32,191 nucleotides of DNA from Psammoneis japonica (taxonomy: Eukaryota): the NCBI GenBank assembly GCA_008632985.1, contig QPGO01000027.1:682001-714191 (forward strand). Reading direction: 5' to 3'. A program made the translations under genes and the position numbers. Of this stretch, positions 11,431-22,513 are shown piece by piece (positions within the stretch are counted from its first letter, which is position 1; every line of letters starts with the position of its first letter). A model generated the notes under the pieces. It did not search any database, had not been told where the DNA came from, and saw only the letters and a program-made list of their open reading frames with translations.

Positions 11431-14400
11431 ATGACGACGTCGGATGAAACTGCCACCGCTACCTCTCCCTTTTCCCAAATCCCGGGACGGCCGTCGTTTC
11501 GTGCTGCCAATCTCAATGCAATCGCCATGATTCCTTTGCTCAGTACCGACAGGGACGCGGGCGTTGAACTCGACAGTCATTCGGCACGGTCCTTTCACAT
11601 GCTGCTGTCGTCTCTGCGACGCTATGCAAGAATGAAGAAGCAAAATGCCATGTCTCCTCGGAACAACAATGATAATAACAAGAGTTTTGAATTGGACGAT
11701 GTCGATTTTTCAGAAAATGACATGCAGGTCGATAGCAGCAACAACAATGTCATGTTGGTGATTCCTCATTCGCAATTAACGCGACCGGGGGATTGGCGCT
11801 ACGACAGCACGCCGTTGCGTAGTTTTCATTGGTCCAATGGCTGTCAACGCATGATTTGTTTTGATGGTCGTCCCACGTGTGGACGCATGGCTCATGATCG
11901 GCTGTTGAATGCCAGTGTCGGTCGGGATTGGATTGATCTGGTCCCCAACCGAAGGACTGCGGCTGTTGTGGGAATATTGAATATAAAGGATTGTATTTCC
12001 GAAAGTGACTTGGATAAGGCTGAACACGAGTTGCAGCAGTGGGCACAACGATATAGTGCTCCGCCGTATGAAGTTACGGCGCATGGGCGGTCCTTTGCAA
12101 GAGATGAAGTAGTGACGAGACTCTTTATTTTTGATTCCTTTGATGAGGAATGTCAAAAGCGAATTGACTTGTCCTCCACCAATTCCAGAAGCGACATGGT
12201 GGCGTTTCCGCCCAGCGATGATGCTCACCATCAAATGATGGATTTGCATTTGAATATTGTATTGAATGATTTGGCGGTTGCGATTTTTAGACAATTGGAG
12301 ACCAAGATTCGAGAGTCGGACAATACGGGAAAAGACAAGGGAGCCGCAGGAAGAAAAAATACGCGCAAGCCTGGAACAGACGAACCCGTCAATACCAAAG
12401 CCATGAGCATTACGCAGATTGCCTCCGTCGTGAATGCCGACAATGAATTGGCCATTGCAGACGACAAGCAGCAAGGCGGCCCCGGCAAAAAGGCTCGCAC
12501 GGCAATCAAGTCCATGACGGAGTCGGCCGGTCGACTCATGCCGCATCGCAAGCAAACGGCACAACCACAGCTGCTGACACCGCTGGATGATGTATGGGAT
12601 TATTCGGAATTGTCTCAAAAGGACGCGGATGCCTTTAAGAAGCGTGATGTCGGGCGGCGTGAGAAAATGGCTGCGGACTTGTCACTCTTGGCAGGATCGC
12701 CCATTGATGCGTACGAACGTTACACGAAAGCTGCGGAATTGACAAAGGCGTCACACGATCCCTTGTGGTATGCAGCGTCCCTAGAGGGATGTGCCGCATC
12801 GTTTGTGGCAATGGCCGAAGCGGGTGGACACTGTGTCGATTCGTATCTCGAATCCAATTTCCAATTGGATTCGGACATGATGGTCCTCGCCAACGCGGCC
12901 AAGGACGACAAGACGAGCAAGACTGCCCTGGCGGTGGACAAGACCAAAACCACGCTACCGGCGGCAGTTCGTGCGCTTTGTGAAGAAGCGCTCAGTATTT
13001 TTAGTCGCCACCCCAAATTGGCTCCCTTTCACGCAGAACTTGTGCTCAAGCTAGCGTGGTACACGGCCGAAGTGGAAGAATCGCATTTGCGGTGTCGTTG
13101 GGGAGAACAGGACGGATGCTATAGTGGAGAGTCTGGTGAAGCACCACGATGGGAACGAACATCCGTGGCACACGCCGAATCTCTTTCCAAAAGCCGCGAG
13201 GGCAAGGAGCTCTTGTCCGCCAACACCATGACTCGATTAAAGAATTGGTCCGAACTCTTGCACCGTGCCGCCTCGACGGGTGGGTTGGATCCACGCACCC
13301 GGGCCGATGTCGCTGCCGCGTGTGCTCGCCTGTGCCTGACGGGAATGCGAGCCACCCATTGGGGTCCACCTCGTCGTCTCTGTCTGCACCGCAAAGCTGC
13401 GTTCTTTACCGTCGTGTCAGCAGAAGCGCTGTCGCAGTGTGGCGAAAGCGACGATGTGAATGCAGACGGGCTGTGGTTGGCAGCATGCCAAGCGTATACC
13501 CGAACTGGTAACAGTTTCAAGGAGGGGTCGCACTATGGTTGGGCTACTCTCCGAGCGTGCACTCTGCATGCACTATCTCAACAGCGTGACTACTTTTCTT
13601 CGGATGCAGGTAAGTCATGGTGCGTTAAGACAAGTAATTGCAGTTCTTTATACTGAGTTCTCGATTTTCTTTACAATGCTTTCTACAGCGGCGGAATTGT
13701 TGTTGGCGCTCTTGGGTAAGATTTCTCCCGAAGAGACAAAGGACGCGGCCATGTTGGATCGGATCAATTCGTCGGATAGTAGTATGGAAATCAAGGAGGA
13801 CAGCCAGCACAGCCTGGGAGCGGTGGGAGAAGGGCAACCCATTGTGGAAGCCGATATCTCCCAAACCGTCGCGAGTGCCTTTGCAAAGCGAACAAGCCTA
13901 GCGTCCAGAAACTTTTTCTCGACGGAAGCAAAATCGTCGTTGCTCACTGTCGCGCAATCCAAGTGGACCAACGACGAGCCCATTCCGCCAGTACCGCTGC
14001 CTCTGGTAGACCCTAATCATATTGTCGCCCTCGCTAGTGGGCGTAGCAACAATTCCATGGAAACCCTGGACGCATCCCTTTCGCGGTCACTCATTTCGCT
14101 GAATTGCGTGTTACCCAGAGTGCAACCTTATTCCTGCGGTGTTGCTCAGAAGCGGTGTATTGAGCTCATTTCTGATATCCGACAGGAGTTGCCCACAATT
14201 TCGTCAGCCTCTGATGACCTGGAGAGGGAGACATTCCCAATCTATGGTGAACGTGACAAACCGTTGCCGCCACCTCTTCACATTGTCACGGCCAAGGCTG
14301 TCAAGATCGACTCGCACTTGCTGTTGGAACGGAGCAAGGCTCTCGGATTTGCGGGCAAGGCGACAGGGGCGATGGCAACCTTCTTCAATCCCTACGATAG

Positions 14401-16486
14401 CAAACAGCAAGAAGCGAAAAAGAATGAGCCTTCGCTTGTGGCCGAAGGCGAAGAACGGTCAGTCCTGATTGAGTTTGGAAGTCATTTATCGGTGCCGCTA
14501 CACATTCCGTCTTGTGAATTGGAGTTTGAATCTCATGACAAGGATCGCATCAACGCACCACCACTTTCCTTCACCCTTCCTCCCATGTCCAAGAAGTATG
14601 CGGTTCGCTTTCCGTTTATTGTCATGACGGGTGGAAAAGGGGAAGAACCTGATGAATCATCGGGAGAGGAAGCTACTGAACCCGACATTTTTGAAGCCAC
14701 CGGCATTCGAATTACGTGCTTAAATCGCTCCTTTGTCATTCCCATTGTCCCTCCACTGGAGGATGAAGTGACAGAAGAAAACCTGGACGAGCTGCAGGTA
14801 CCAGAGCCAGCCTCTGTGTACACGAGGAGCGCTCACAACCTTCCCAACAAACCAGAGGAAAGGATGAACCCTCGCTTCGAGGCTGTCCCTCCACAGCCTC
14901 ATTTGATTGTGTCCTTTACATCCTCCAATACTCCTATCGAAGATGGTACGATTGTTCCTGTACACCTTTCGGACGGAGAGATTTATTCTATTCCCGACAT
15001 TCGTCTGCACAACGACTTTGGCCCTAGTGGTATGGGTTCTATGGAACGTCTTCAGATTCTTGGAGTCGGCCTTCCCGGTTTTGCGGACGAAATGCTTTTT
15101 GACTCCGACGAGAAAGCAGTTCAACAAGATGATGACGACGACGACGATGATGATGTTGTATCCACTTCTTCGTCCTCTGGAGGCTTTGATCAGCTGATGG
15201 AACATGATGGTCTCCCTCCCCTTCGAATGAAAGCTATTTACGACGGACTATCACTCAAGAGCGTCAATGATGAGAAAGGGAGCACTGTGAAGTTTCAGAT
15301 TGCAGCGACACACGACATGGGAAACCAGCTCGCGGATGGCGGTAACGTTCGTATCCGATTCCGCTACCGTGGAAAGTCACTCAACCCAGCGACCGAGATC
15401 TGGCGCAAGAGAGAGGTCAGCCTCAGGATTATTCGAGTAAAGGGGCCGAGGATTTCTTCCCTCACCTTTCGTTCAGACTTGAGCTGGGGTAGTGCCTATT
15501 CAGAACTTTGCCAGGCTTTGGCGCAGCAACGATTGCAGGTAGCACCAATTACAAAGCGAGAATTTACAAAAGAGAATCGCATGGCCTCCGACATCAGCGA
15601 GAAGTTTGTGGACACTGACGAAGAGATACCCATTGCGGAGCGCGTAGGCATTGACCCAGGAGTGCACGTTTCAGGGAATGACGTTGTGGTACTCATGGCG
15701 GTTGCGAACGAAACAAATTCAACCATTATTCTTTCGAACCGACTTGGTTTAGTTGGTGGCTTTGAAGGCAGCCCCATGCCGACGGTACGAGTGACTTCGG
15801 GCGTGAGCGTCAAAATCCCCGTCGTGATTCCGCGCATCGATCGTGTTAAAAGCGATGATTCGTCTGTGGATATTGCGTCCGAATTGATTGCCCGTACAGC
15901 GCTCCAGTGGGAATCCGTTGTCGATGAGGAACAGGACGGTTTTGCTGGAAATCGCCAGAAACGTCAGGGGCGAGTTCGTATCCCATCGCGCTGTCTTCGT
16001 GAGATTATTGACGAACACCAAACCTTTATTCCTCGCATTTGCAAGCCACCCGTCTCAGTCAAAGTTCGTGTCACCGCAGGAAAGGCTTTTGAGGACCATC
16101 TAGTTGTCACACCCGGTACGCCAGTTGATACCTTTATGGAAGTCGAGAATGCGGACTGGGTCCCGCTGGAAGTGATTGCCAAGTGCCGAATCACTCTCGA
16201 ATTTTGTTGTGCGCGAACTGGTAACACAGCCGGCAACATTGATAGCGCCAACGAGGACCAATTCCTGTGGTTTGGACGAGTGAGACGAAGCGTGCGAGCT
16301 GATGAGGAGGACAAGAAGCATCGTGCTCGTCTAACGTTTCTGGAATGTGGACCCTATGTAGTTTCGGCATGTGCACGTGTGACGATGGATGGAAGTGAAG
16401 CCGAAGAGACATGGTGGGCTCCACAAGCAGAGCACGTCATGGTGGAGAAGCTCAACTTTGAAGATTCGTTCCGAAGCTTGCATTAA
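11431..16486 (+). CDS. TRAPPC9: TRAPP II complex subunit Trs120/TRAPPC9
   Basis: Family-typical motif GRREKMAADLSLLAGSPIDAYERYTKAAELTKASHDPLWYAASLEG, LHRKAAFF, and FFNPY before beta-rich C-terminal domains. One intron 13610-13688 (G|gtaagt...ctacag|CG) joins the two long ORFs. Confidence 0.85.
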
Positions 16487-16534
16487 CGATGCGCACGTTC
16501 AGATTTGTGATTTGCCTCTCTCTAGTTTTAAATG

Positions 16535-17718
16535 TTATCTTTGTTTCAAGGCTGCTAAAATCGCCTCTTGAGCTTCATCATATCGTGCTCGAGCTGCTGT
16601 TCTCAACTTTTCCGACATTTCTGTAGCATCTTCTGGCAACGAGAGTGGTTCTTGTCTGCCCGTGGGACAGGCATCGAGCACAAAATTGTGAACGTCCAAA
16701 ATAGCATCCCTTTGTTTGGCTAGCTGCTGTTTCAGTTCGTTCTCACCGTCTATCGCCAACGGAGGGTACAAAAGAGTTCCCAAATCCGTAACACCCTCTC
16801 CAACAACCCGCGCCAAGTCAAAAAGCGAGCTCATCCACTCCAATAACGGAGCCGTATCTTCGTCCTTGTCGAGTTGTTCACCAGCTGCTTCACAAGTTTT
16901 GAGAGCCACATTCATAGTTCCTCGCGAACATTTCAATAGAGCTACACTAGCTACAGCAATAGGCATTTCCAGAGACGTATATCGATCACTCTCTCCGTCA
17001 CAAAATTCATCCCACGACGTGTCATTCGTTTCTTCGGCTGACGGCCCTTCCTCAATTACGTCTGTAAATTCCTTCATGGTTTCATTGCATTCCATACTCC
17101 AAGTTAGTAAATCTCGTCTCATGGCCGCGCGATTTCCTTTTGGCACCTTTTCGACTCCGACACACGTCTCCCAAACCGCACCCGTCTTTTGAGCAGCCAA
17201 GTTCTTGTTTTCCATGGCAGACTCGGACACAAAGGATTCCACCAATGCAATCACAGTGGCCACCACACCTCGAGCAGCCTGTTTGGAATAGTAACGAGTC
17301 GATCTGGCACAACCTGAATCATTGTTGCATAGTACTAAAACTCCAGTGCACAACAGTTCGCATCCCTTTAGTAAATCTTGCTGTTGTGCAGAAAAAAGCA
17401 GCGTGAAAGACAAAAGAATGAGACGAGTCATTAGTTAGATGAACAAACTTTTTCGAGAAAAAATAAATTAAGCAATTCAGTCGTACTCACCGAAAGCTTT
17501 GCACCCTCCTCTATATCAATTTTTCCTACAAGTGTATACTTTGTTGAGGTCGCCTTGACGAGCCCTGCACCGTCCACCATCACCTTGTACGCCGTCGAAA
17601 CTTCCGACGTTAGTTCTCTCCAATGAGAAAGAGCGTGACCAGAAGAACCATCATCCAGTTCGACCAACGTTTTGGAGAGGCGATGCAGTGCTTCAAGGAC
17701 TCGTTTGTTCTCTTCCAT
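16535..17718 (-). CDS. GCIP (Grap2 and cyclin-D-interacting / CCNDBP1-like) domain protein
   Basis: ATSTKYTLV, TGAVWETC, KGNRAAM, ETMKEF, VTDLGTLLYPP resemble the GCIP helical domain. Intron 17381-17490 (gtgagt...caacag). Confidence 0.65.
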
Positions 17719-18039
17719 TGTCGATTCTAAAACGCCAACTCTTATTTATTCTAACAGCTTGGAAGACGCGATGCTTTTTTTATTATTTTTTGTTCAGACT
17801 CTTCGGGTGGTCGCGTCGCGTGGTCCTGCCTCCTGCGTGTCGGAGTTTTGGCGGGCTTCGGAGGGAGATTCCAGATTCCTTTCAAAAGCACCCGGAAAAA
17901 GAGTACGTGGTTGATCCACGCGCTTTTCAATTTTTGACGCCGTCGACATGCTGATTGCACACAACAACGACCACAACAACATCATCAAGCGAAGCAAAAG
18001 CGGACGCAATACAACATCGCGGTTCCTATATCAGCAATA

Positions 18040-18554
18040 ATGCCGGATACAAAAAGTAAAGATACGGGTAAGGTTGGATTGTGAGAATTTCTGGAGCTGG
18101 AAACTGCTCTCTAGCTCTGACATGACGACATGACAACTGTTTGGGGTTGAGAAGGCGGAGCACACACGCAACCTCGACGAAAACCAGAAATACAAGACTT
18201 GCCGATTCGCCGAGAAAAAAAATGACAGCAAGATCGAACTTATCGTTCTGCTGCGATGCCTGACTCATATACTTTGTGCCTTTTGTTTGATCACACACCT
18301 TTCTCATCGCCCCATGCTCTTGTTTGTTCTTGACAGGCACAGACCTAAAGTCCATTGCAATCAACATTGCAAGCATAGCATTCTTTCTGCTTCCGATTGT
18401 TGCTTATTTGTACACGGATGAAGCGTGGAAGTTTGTTGCTGGAGTCGCAGTCATGTTTTTCATTGCATTTGTCATTCCTCCCGTAGGTTGGAAGAGGCCT
18501 CATCCCTACTCGGACTACCCAGCTAATTATCCATACCCAAGAAAAGCGGAATAG
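18040..18554 (+). CDS. Small (~81 aa) two-transmembrane hypothetical protein
   Basis: ATG 18040, exon 1 MPDTKSKDT G|gtaagg, intron 18068-18336 with a pyrimidine-rich acceptor (ttgacag), in-frame exon 2 with two hydrophobic helices and a Pro/Tyr-rich tail. Confidence 0.6.
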
Positions 18555-19025
18555 AGACGAAACGAGAGAGGATTGTCGAGAGTGGAATCTGTATTATTAT
18601 TAGATATTTAGCGGTGAAAATGATTGAGTTGGCGAAAAGTGACACTCTTGATACTGCTTTGCATAATGTACTGTACGTGATTTTCGATGAATGCATACTC
18701 TGACGATGCAGTTCGCGCTTCTACAAGGCTAACTTGAATTGAATAAAGAAATCTCTACAGTACGAGGCAGTGATGCGCGAGAGCTAGTGCGTCAAAGTGT
18801 TGTGTAGTTGCTTGTTTGCTTGTCTTTGCTGTGCGTCACAGATTGCATCGCGCTCCTACTGAGTTGTTCTGGGTTCACTTGCTAGCTTGAAGCTTTTTGG
18901 AGCATCGCCTTGGTGATATTGCCGTTCGACTAGACATGTATTGATTGGATCCAGGCAACAGGCAACCGCGACCTTCAACAGGATCTCCTCAAGAGAAGAA
19001 CTCGAAAGAAGTTAAATGTTATTGG

Positions 19026-21100
19026 TTACAGGATTCTTCTAGCTGACCACTCAAACCCGGCATTATCCAATGCCGCTATCCGTGCTTGGGTCAATGAACC
19101 AGGCTGTTTTTTATCTTGACTTTGTTTGTACATTCTGCGCTGGGTCGCGATCCAACGTCCGAGACGCTTGTTTTCCGAGTAATTGGTTGGCACATGGCAA
19201 TGTCAATGAACAGCTCTAAATTGCATTAACTCATCATACATGGCATTCCAATTACTCGTTTGCAGTGACCATTCGAATCCAGCTCCTTCCAATGCGTTAA
19301 TGCGACCTGGCGTCATTGAACAAGACTTCTTTTTGTTTTGGTAACGCTTGTAATGTATTCGCTGCTGAGAAATCCACCGGGCGAGTCGTTTGTTCTCCGG
19401 ATAGACATTCGGCACGCGACAATGCCCGTGAATGGCTTTGAATCGCAAAAGCTCATCAAACATAACATGCCATCCCTTTCCTTGTACCGGCCATTCAAAT
19501 CCTACATCTTCCAATGCTCTTCCCCGGTCTGTCGTCAATGCGCATGGCTGGGTATTGTCTTGACAGCTTTTGAAAGCTGTACGTTGCCTCGCAACCCAAC
19601 TATATAGGGATTTATTCTCTGAGTCATTAGGGACACGACAATGCCCATGCGTAGCTTTGAATTCCAACAACTCATTGAACCAGTCATTCCATTTCCCCGT
19701 TGTTGTCGACCACTCAAATCCGGCATCTTCCAATGCTCTTATCCGATCACGCGTCATGGGACAAGGCTTCTCTTCGTTTTTAAACTTCTTGTAGTCGGAA
19801 CGCTGTGTTGCGACACAATTGCCTAGCCGTTTGTTTTCAGAGTACGGACACGGGACACGACAATGGAGGTGAATTGTCTTGAATTCCAATGACTCGTTTA
19901 ACATCAAATTCCACTCCTCGCTGATAGCGTCCCTGCGAAACCACTCGAATCCTGCATCTTCCAATTGTCTTATGCGATCAGGTGTGATCTGGCAAGGCTT
20001 GTTGTTTTGATGACGCTTAAAGCACGCACGCTGGTTCATCACCCAATGTGCGAGTCGACTGTTTTCCGAATAAGATGTTGGCACTCGACAATGCCCATGA
20101 AAAGCTTTGAATTCCAACTGTTCGTTGAGCATGCGCTTCCAACTGGAATTGTCAAGAGCCGTTCTTCCTCGCGGCACTGACCACTCAAATCCTGCGTCTT
20201 CCAGAGCTTTCAGACGATCCGGAGTCATTGAGCAAGGCTTGCTTTTGTTTTGACAACGCTTGCAGTTCCTGCGCTGTGTTGCGACCCAATGTGCGAGGCG
20301 TTTGTTTTCCGAATGAGACATTGGGACATGACAATGCCCATGAACAGAGCTTTGAATTCTAACAGTTCGTTGAGCATGCGCTTCCAACTGGAATTGTCAA
20401 GAGCCATTCTTCCTCGCGGCTCTGACCACTCAAATCCTGCGTCTTCCAGAGCTTTCAGATGATCCGGAGTCATTGAGCAAGGCTTGCTTTTGTTTTGACA
20501 ATGCTTGTAATTCCTGCACTGCGTCATGACCCAAAGTGCGAGACGTTTGTTTTCCGAACAATGCTGCGGGACACGACAATGTCCATGAGCAGCTTTGAAT
20601 TCTAATGGTTCATTGAGCATGTGCTTCCAACTGGAATTGTCAAGAGCTGTTCTTCCTCCCGGCACTGACCACTCGAATCCTGCATCTTCCAGAGCTTTCA
20701 GACGATCTAGAGTCATTGAGCAAGGCTTGCTTTTGTTTTGACAACACTTGCAATTCCTGCACTGCGTTGTGACCCAAAGTGCGAGGTGTTTGTTTTCCAA
20801 ATAATGCCATGGGACATGACAATGTCCATGACTGGCTTTGAGCTCCAGCAATTTGCTGAGCATGAGGTGCCACTGAGCATCTCGGGGAGATTGGTTGAGG
20901 TCGAAGCCGATGTCGTTCAGCTGGGCTCTTTGCTCTTCTGTGAGAGGTGACTTGTGATTGCTCAATTTTTCTTCAAATCCCTTGCATTGTTGGCTTGTCC
21001 AACAGCCCAAAGAAGAGCTTGTCGGTGCAATGAGATGCCCATTCTTTTCTTTGAAGTCAACCAACTCTTGGAGTCGACGTTGCCACTCATCTTTGTGAGC
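19026..21100 (-). pseudogene. Multi-HA-domain (9 units) protein pseudogene
   Basis: Nine W..M..EL.EFK..HGHC.VP..Y.EN..L..WV..QR...MT..R...LE..GFEW units. Disruptions: 2-bp insertion near 20345, premature TGA at 19203-19205 (H*HC for HGHC), and many Y>C/H and R>C/H changes. True stop TAA at 19026-19028. The 5' end is not resolved. Confidence 0.85.
20150..20880. repeat. Three highly similar 243-bp tandem units (81 codons) within the HA gene
   Basis: Anchor CCACTC(A/G)AATCCTGC at 20181, 20426 and 20669. Spacings are 245 (includes the 2-bp insertion) and 243. Confidence 0.9.
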
Positions 21101-21575
21101 TGCAGCGGGTCTCAGTTCTAGTTGTGCTGTGACAGCCCACGAACACGTTCGACATTGTTTACGTTTGAACAATAAATCCTCATAACACGATCTGCCAATG
21201 GGTGGTGAGTGGAAACCTCTGCTTTTGTGGACTGAACCAGAAGCGAAAAGGCCTCGTTTTTGTTTGCACAGAAGCAGATTGCGAAGAACAAAACTGCAGA
21301 AAGAGATGACTGAGCCAGCTTCCAAAGAGACATTGACAGGGACTTCATACTTAGGTAAGATGCTGCGGTACAGTTGCGTCAGAAGTGGAATGTGCTTGGT
21401 ACAGCAGTGCTTGTTCATGCTCATCATGTGATCGCATATGTGCGCTGCGTGTTCAGTGTGCGTTTCGTGCGCGTCGCGTGGTCCAGGTCGGCAAACGGAC
21501 ATTGCGTGCATCTAGGCTTTTAGTCTGCCAGATTCAGATAGTCTACCGGTTACCGGTACGTTGGTATTCTTGACC

Positions 21576-22349
21576 ATGGCAACGGAGACGACAACCACCA
21601 CAACTCATGGACCGGATCCCGCCGTGATGGAAGCGATTGAGCGTGGAAATGCCGTCGTATTTTTTGATGTGGTTCTTGGGGAGGGGAAAGATTCTACGGC
21701 AGAGTTGGGTCGCATCAAACTAGAGCTCTTTGTCAAGGATGTAAGTACCGAATGGTGTGGCACTAGCACTCCTGTATTGTGCAACGTCTTATTTTGATCT
21801 GCCTTATTGACTCATTTTCATACAGTGCCCCAAGACTTGCGAAAATTTCCGTCAATTCTGCACCGGTGAATACCTCCAGAACTCTCAGCCTACCGGTTAT
21901 TTGAATTCCACCTTTCACCGTGTAATCAAAGACTTTATGCTACAAGGCGGCGACTTAATCAACCACGATGGTACAGGAAAGACAAGTATATATAATGGTG
22001 GTTCATCGTTTGAAGATGAGAATTTTTTTCACAAGCATGATCAACCCGGGACCCTTTCCATGGCAAACAGCGGACCAAATACGAATGGTGGGTTTCTTTC
22101 GTTTTCATTTCGTTGTATCGGTTCGTTTTCTCAGTCTCTTCGGGCAATTTAACGTGTGCTTAAACAGGGTGTCAGTTTTTTATTACCACCGCGAAAACCA
22201 GTTGGCTTGATGGGAAGCATGTTGTGTTTGGAAGGGTATTAGACGGACCGAGCATGTTGACCGTACGGAAATGTGAAGCAGTGCCTGTATCGGGGCAAAA
22301 TAATCGACCACGAATACCTATTCGGATTGTGCAATGTGGGGAACTCTAG
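21576..22349 (+). CDS. PPIH: Peptidyl-prolyl cis-trans isomerase H (spliceosomal cyclophilin)
   Basis: [83 protein letters not shown]. The [10 protein letters not shown] and TNGCQFF variants are PPIH-like. Introns 21741-21825 and 22088-22167. Confidence 0.88.
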
Positions 22350-22513
22350 CTAGCTAGAGCCGCCGAGAGAGGGGGGCAGACGCATTGCTATGATACGCAG
22401 TTGCTCGTGAGGATGGGCGCCAACTTACTATACCTGGTACCGTATGTTTTAACTAGCACTATGATAAAGCCGCCATGCGGCCAACTCGCTTCACCAGGGC
22501 ATGTTCTTGTTTA

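Noticed and set aside
4086..16424. Numerous antisense and alternate-frame ORFs over FAB1, the LEA-like gene and TRAPPC9
   Set aside because: They are shadows of long coding exons with no independent motifs.
21100..21511. N-terminal ~135 aa of ORF 20225..21511 as real coding sequence
   Set aside because: No recognisable motif. It is probably intron/UTR/promoter DNA left open by loss of stops, so the true start is unresolved.
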